Assembly (NCBI GenBank): GCA_965231095.1
Contig: OZ246416.1
Span: forward strand, 805,595-869,594
Length of the DNA: 64,000 nucleotides
Reading direction: 5' to 3'
From: an uncultured Gammaproteobacteria bacterium
GTDB lineage: Bacteria > Patescibacteriota > Patescibacteriia > XYB2-FULL-38-15
The translations under genes were made by a program, and so were the position numbers. A model generated the notes under the pieces. That model ran no database searches. It saw only the letters and a program-made list of their open reading frames with translations, and was not told the DNA's origin. Below, one piece after another: positions 60,280 through 64,000 of this stretch (the first letter of the stretch is position 1; each line of letters begins with the position of its first letter).

Positions 60280-62643
60280 ATGGAGGCAGAAAAATTTTTT
60301 GGCACAATGGACAGCAAGGCGAAAAAAGAATTAGCGGTCATTCCGCTCGTTGATGTTGTTGTTTTTCCGAGAGTTGCCCTGACTTTAATTGTGAAAAAAG
60401 AAAAAACTTTAAAAGCGCTTGATTATGCGATGCAGCACGATCAGCTTGCGGTTTGCGCTGCCGAGAAAAAAGACGTGGGAGATAAAATTACAAAAGATGA
60501 TCTTTATGAAATTGGTACGCTTGCCAAAATCAGGGAAATTACAAAACAGCCGGACGGTTCTGTTCGGATCGTAGTTGAGGGAATGATGCGCGCGAAAATT
60601 ACGGAATTTTTATCATTTGATCCGTTTATCAGAGTTAAAGTTATTCCGGCGCCGGAACCAAAGGTTATGAAAACCGAGAAGATTGAAGCCTTGATGTACA
60701 GCTTGATTAATCAGTTTAAAGAATGTGTTTCTCTTGGCGCGACGGTTCCTTTTGATGTGTTGCTCGTAATTTTAAATATTACCGATCCGTGGGAGCTGGC
60801 GGATTTGATGACAATAAATTTAGATTTTAAAGTTGACGAGAAGCAGGCGATTCTTGAAGCTGACAATATTGAAAATAAATTGGGGAAACTAGGGGAGTCC
60901 ATCGGGCGGCAGTTGAAAGTTTTGCGCATGGCCCAAAAAATTCAGGCGGAAACGGGAAAGGAATTGGGAAAAATGGAAAAGGAAATGTTTTTGCGCGAGC
61001 AGATGAAAACGATTGAAAAAGAATTGGGTATGGCCGGCGGGCGAAGTGAAAACGAAGAACTGAAAGAAAAAATAGAAAAAGCGGGCATGGCCCCCGAGGC
61101 AAAAGAGCAGGCTCTGAAAGAATTAGCTCGCCTTGAAAAAATGCCGTCATTTAGTCCGGAAATTTCTTATATCAGAACTTACCTTGATTGGCTAATTATG
61201 TTGCCGTGGTCGAAAAAAACCGAGAGTAAAGTTGATATTAAAAAAGCAAAAAATATTTTGGATGATGATCATTATGGTTTGGATAAAGTTAAAGAAAGAG
61301 TGTTGGAATATTTGGCCGTGCAAAAATTAGTGGGAAAAATTAAAGGCCCAATTCTTTGTTTTTCTGGTCCGCCAGGCACTGGCAAAACTTCTATTGGTAA
61401 AGCCATTGCCAGGGCGCTTGGCCGAAAATTTTTTAGAATGTCGCTTGGGGGAATTCGCGACGAAGCGGAAATTCGCGGCCATCGCCGAACTTATGTTGGC
61501 GCTCTGCCGGGAAGAATTATCCAGGGAATAAATACGGCCGGGACAAAAAATCCGGTTTTTATGCTTGATGAAATTGATAAAGTTGGCGCTGATTTTCGCG
61601 GTGATCCGTCGGCCGCGTTGCTTGAGGCGCTTGATCCGGAACAAAATTATTCTTTTTCTGATCATTATCTTGAAGTGCCCTTTGATCTTTCTGATGTAAT
61701 GTTTATTACCACGGCCAATGTCTTAGACACAATTCCTCCGGCGCTTCGCGATCGCATGGAAATGATTGAATTTCCCGGCTATATTGAAGAAGAAAAATTT
61801 CACATCGCGGAAAAATTTTTATTGCCAAAGCAGTTGAAAGAAAACGGGCTTGAAGATGGCAATAGATTAATAATTACCGAGCCGGCATTAAAAATAATTA
61901 TTAGAGAATATACGCGCGAGGCGGGCGTTCGCGAACTTGAACGGAATATCGCCGCTGTTTGTCGCAAAGTGGCGCGAAAAATCGCCGAGGGCGACAGTAA
62001 AAATTATAAAATCGGAATTTGCGATCTTCATCAGTTTTTAGGTCCGGCCAAATATCACACCACCATGGCCGAGAAAAAAGACGAAGTTGGGGTGGCAACC
62101 GGGCTTGCCTGGACGCAGGCGGGCGGAGAAATACTTTTGATTGAGGCGACAAAAATGCCGGGTAAGGGGCAGCTGATTTTAACCGGACAGCTCGGCAAAG
62201 TAATGCAGGAATCAGCGCAAGCCGCCTATTCTTATGCTAGATCGCGCGCTAAATCTTTTGGCATTAAAGATAAATTTTATAAAGATTCAGACATTCATAT
62301 TCATGTTCCGTCCGGGGCGATTCCGAAAGACGGTCCCTCGGCCGGAGTGGCGATGGCCACGGCGATTATTTCCGTTCTTACCGGGCGGCCGATTAAAAAA
62401 GACGTTGGCATGACCGGAGAGGTGACGCTTCGGGGACGGGCCATGGAAATCGGCGGAGTAAAAGAAAAAGTTTTAGCGGCGCACCGAGCTGATGTTAAAA
62501 CAATTGTTTTGCCGAAAGATAATGAAAAAGATTTGGAAGAAATCCCCGCGAACGTCAGAAAAGATTTAAAATTTATTTTGGCTAAAGACGTGGATGATGT
62601 TTTGAGGGCAGCAATGGGAAAACACTTAACAATTGATAATTAA
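60280..62643 (+). CDS. lon: ATP-dependent Lon protease
   Basis: GPPGTGKTS, RRTYVGA, PKDGPSAG, IGGVKEK. Confidence 0.98.
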   Translation: MEAEKFFGTMDSKAKKELAVIPLVDVVVFPRVALTLIVKKEKTLKALDYAMQHDQLAVCAAEKKDVGDKITKDDLYEIGTLAKIREITKQPDGSVRIVVEGMMRAKITEFLSFDPFIRVKVIPAPEPKVMKTEKIEALMYSLINQFKECVSLGATVPFDVLLVILNITDPWELADLMTINLDFKVDEKQAILEADNIENKLGKLGESIGRQLKVLRMAQKIQAETGKELGKMEKEMFLREQMKTIEKELGMAGGRSENEELKEKIEKAGMAPEAKEQALKELARLEKMPSFSPEISYIRTYLDWLIMLPWSKKTESKVDIKKAKNILDDDHYGLDKVKERVLEYLAVQKLVGKIKGPILCFSGPPGTGKTSIGKAIARALGRKFFRMSLGGIRDEAEIRGHRRTYVGALPGRIIQGINTAGTKNPVFMLDEIDKVGADFRGDPSAALLEALDPEQNYSFSDHYLEVPFDLSDVMFITTANVLDTIPPALRDRMEMIEFPGYIEEEKFHIAEKFLLPKQLKENGLEDGNRLIITEPALKIIIREYTREAGVRELERNIAAVCRKVARKIAEGDSKNYKIGICDLHQFLGPAKYHTTMAEKKDEVGVATGLAWTQAGGEILLIEATKMPGKGQLILTGQLGKVMQESAQAAYSYARSRAKSFGIKDKFYKDSDIHIHVPSGAIPKDGPSAGVAMATAIISVLTGRPIKKDVGMTGEVTLRGRAMEIGGVKEKVLAAHRADVKTIVLPKDNEKDLEEIPANVRKDLKFILAKDVDDVLRAAMGKHLTIDN

Positions 62644-62667
62644 CATTTAACTATTAGCCCTTGAGTT

Positions 62668-63999
62668 ATGAAAAAAATTATTTTGGCGATTAGTTTGGCA
62701 GCATTAATTTTACCGGCCGTGGTCTCCGCCGATGGCGCGATTTTTCCGCCGCCGGATTATTGGATGCAAGAAACAGATCAAAAAGCCGTGATCTTTCATG
62801 ATAAAAATACAGAAACGATGATCCTTTCCGTTACTTTTCAAGGTGACGCGGAAAATTTCAGTTGGATTGTCCCCACGCCAACCCGCCCAGAAGTTTCAAA
62901 ATCAACCGACGAACTTTTTACTTCTTTATCCGCTCTGACTGCGCCGGAATATGATTATGGAGTTATGCCAATGTATGGTGGGGTCGCGCGAGATGCGGCC
63001 GCCCCGGAAAGCGGTGTGGCGGTTTTGGAAACAAAAAAAGTTGAATATTATGACATCACCGTTTTGGAAGCTGACGATCCGGAAGCGTTGACCAAATGGT
63101 TGAAAGAAAATGAATATCAATTTCCCGAAGAAGGAAAATATTTATTTGATGATTACATAAATAATAGATGGTATTTTACCGCCATAAAACTTGATGCCGA
63201 GTCGTTGGGCGAGGGAGTGGAAGCGCAATTAAGACAAGGCCATGCCGTGCCGCTGAAATTTGTTTTTGCTTCTTCAAAAATTGTTTTTCCTTTAAAAATT
63301 TCCGGGATTGCCGAGTATTTTAAATACCCCGGTTACGGGCCAACTCCGCTTATGATGGAAAATGGCGCGACCGGAAGCGCGGGCGTTGCCGTTGAATCGG
63401 AATCTTTTACGCCGGATATGGCTCCAATTTCTGATTACTATTATCCTTGGCAGCCGGGCGTGAATATTCTTCTTTATGTTTTTTCTGATCATAAAAAAGA
63501 TTTGCCAGGATTTACAACTAGTTACGCCGATTGGGTTAAATCAAAAGATATTGAAAAGTTGGCCGTGGAATCAGATGGTGATTATTGGGTTACGCCCGAA
63601 GCAAAAAAATATTATCTAACAAAATTGTCCCGTTATATGCAGCCGTCGGAAATGACATACGATTTATATCTTCGCGACGCTGAGGATAATGATAAAGTTG
63701 GCGTGTCGGGCGGGAATTGGAAAAATATTTTAACAAGCATTTTAGTTTTTTTAATGATGCTTAGTATTTTTATTGTGATTGGTGCTCTTTCCCCGGTTGG
63801 TTTGGTTTTTATAGTTTGTACTCTCCTGCAATTTTTTTCCAAGCATAAAGTTGTAAAAATTATTGCTTGGATTTTGCAAGGATTAACTCTTTTGATTACC
63901 ATTTCTCTCGGAGCCCTTCTTTTCTTAGGGTGGTCGGCTTATGGCGTCGGGTATTGGATGGGGTCAATTTATGATTCCAGCATGGTCGCGGCGATTACC
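62668..63999 (+). CDS. DUF2330-like secreted/membrane protein (runs off window end)
   Basis: Hand translation: signal peptide MKKIILAISLAALILPAVVSA-DG, QKAVI, FSWIVPTP, LTKWLKENEY, C-terminal TM segments. Confidence 0.7.
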   Translation, partial: MKKIILAISLAALILPAVVSADGAIFPPPDYWMQETDQKAVIFHDKNTETMILSVTFQGDAENFSWIVPTPTRPEVSKSTDELFTSLSALTAPEYDYGVMPMYGGVARDAAAPESGVAVLETKKVEYYDITVLEADDPEALTKWLKENEYQFPEEGKYLFDDYINNRWYFTAIKLDAESLGEGVEAQLRQGHAVPLKFVFASSKIVFPLKISGIAEYFKYPGYGPTPLMMENGATGSAGVAVESESFTPDMAPISDYYYPWQPGVNILLYVFSDHKKDLPGFTTSYADWVKSKDIEKLAVESDGDYWVTPEAKKYYLTKLSRYMQPSEMTYDLYLRDAEDNDKVGVSGGNWKNILTSILVFLMMLSIFIVIGALSPVGLVFIVCTLLQFFSKHKVVKIIAWILQGLTLLITISLGALLFLGWSAYGVGYWMGSIYDSSMVAAIT

Positions 64000-64000
64000 G

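Noticed and set aside
1-64000. Stop-codon reassignment (code 25)
   Set aside because: Conserved genes are uninterrupted in code 11, and map, ruvX and recO end at TGA.

Overview
AT-rich chromosomal window from a Patescibacteria (CPR) bacterium, probably Parcubacteria/ABY1-like. This is inferred from the missing rpmD between rpsE and rplO, the split comEC, the GAD-less aspS, tRNAs without an encoded CCA and core genes that mostly lack a Shine-Dalgarno (SD) sequence. Genetic code 11. Core content: partial PilB/GspE ATPase, ftsH, rpsA, gyrA, rpmF-nusB-rnc, three tRNAs, a pilin, HU, ymdB-rny, infB, trxA-trxB-gdh, leuS, comEC (two parts), ndk, eno, rpmB, the str/S10/spc clusters with secY, adk, map, ruvX, recO, asnS, aspS and lon. 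Unusual features: (1) about seven solitary GC-rich cassettes, each with its own TTGAC-type promoter, a strong SD and a terminator; two encode C-type-lectin/DUF5701-like (DGR-target-like) proteins and one is a ~400-nt highly structured RNA with a 29-aa ORF; (2) a PI3/4-kinase-like gene with a small upstream partner; (3) LeuRS with an inserted alpha/beta hydrolase, a C-terminal Ig-like domain and in-frame REP/heptamer repeats; (4) candidate cis-RNAs: a pseudoknot attenuator before rpsL, a structured rpsJ-rplC spacer, a 6S-like RNA before rny and an aromatic leader-peptide attenuator; (5) an amphipathic MinD-like tail on uL22. All family calls come from motif recognition by eye, not database searches.
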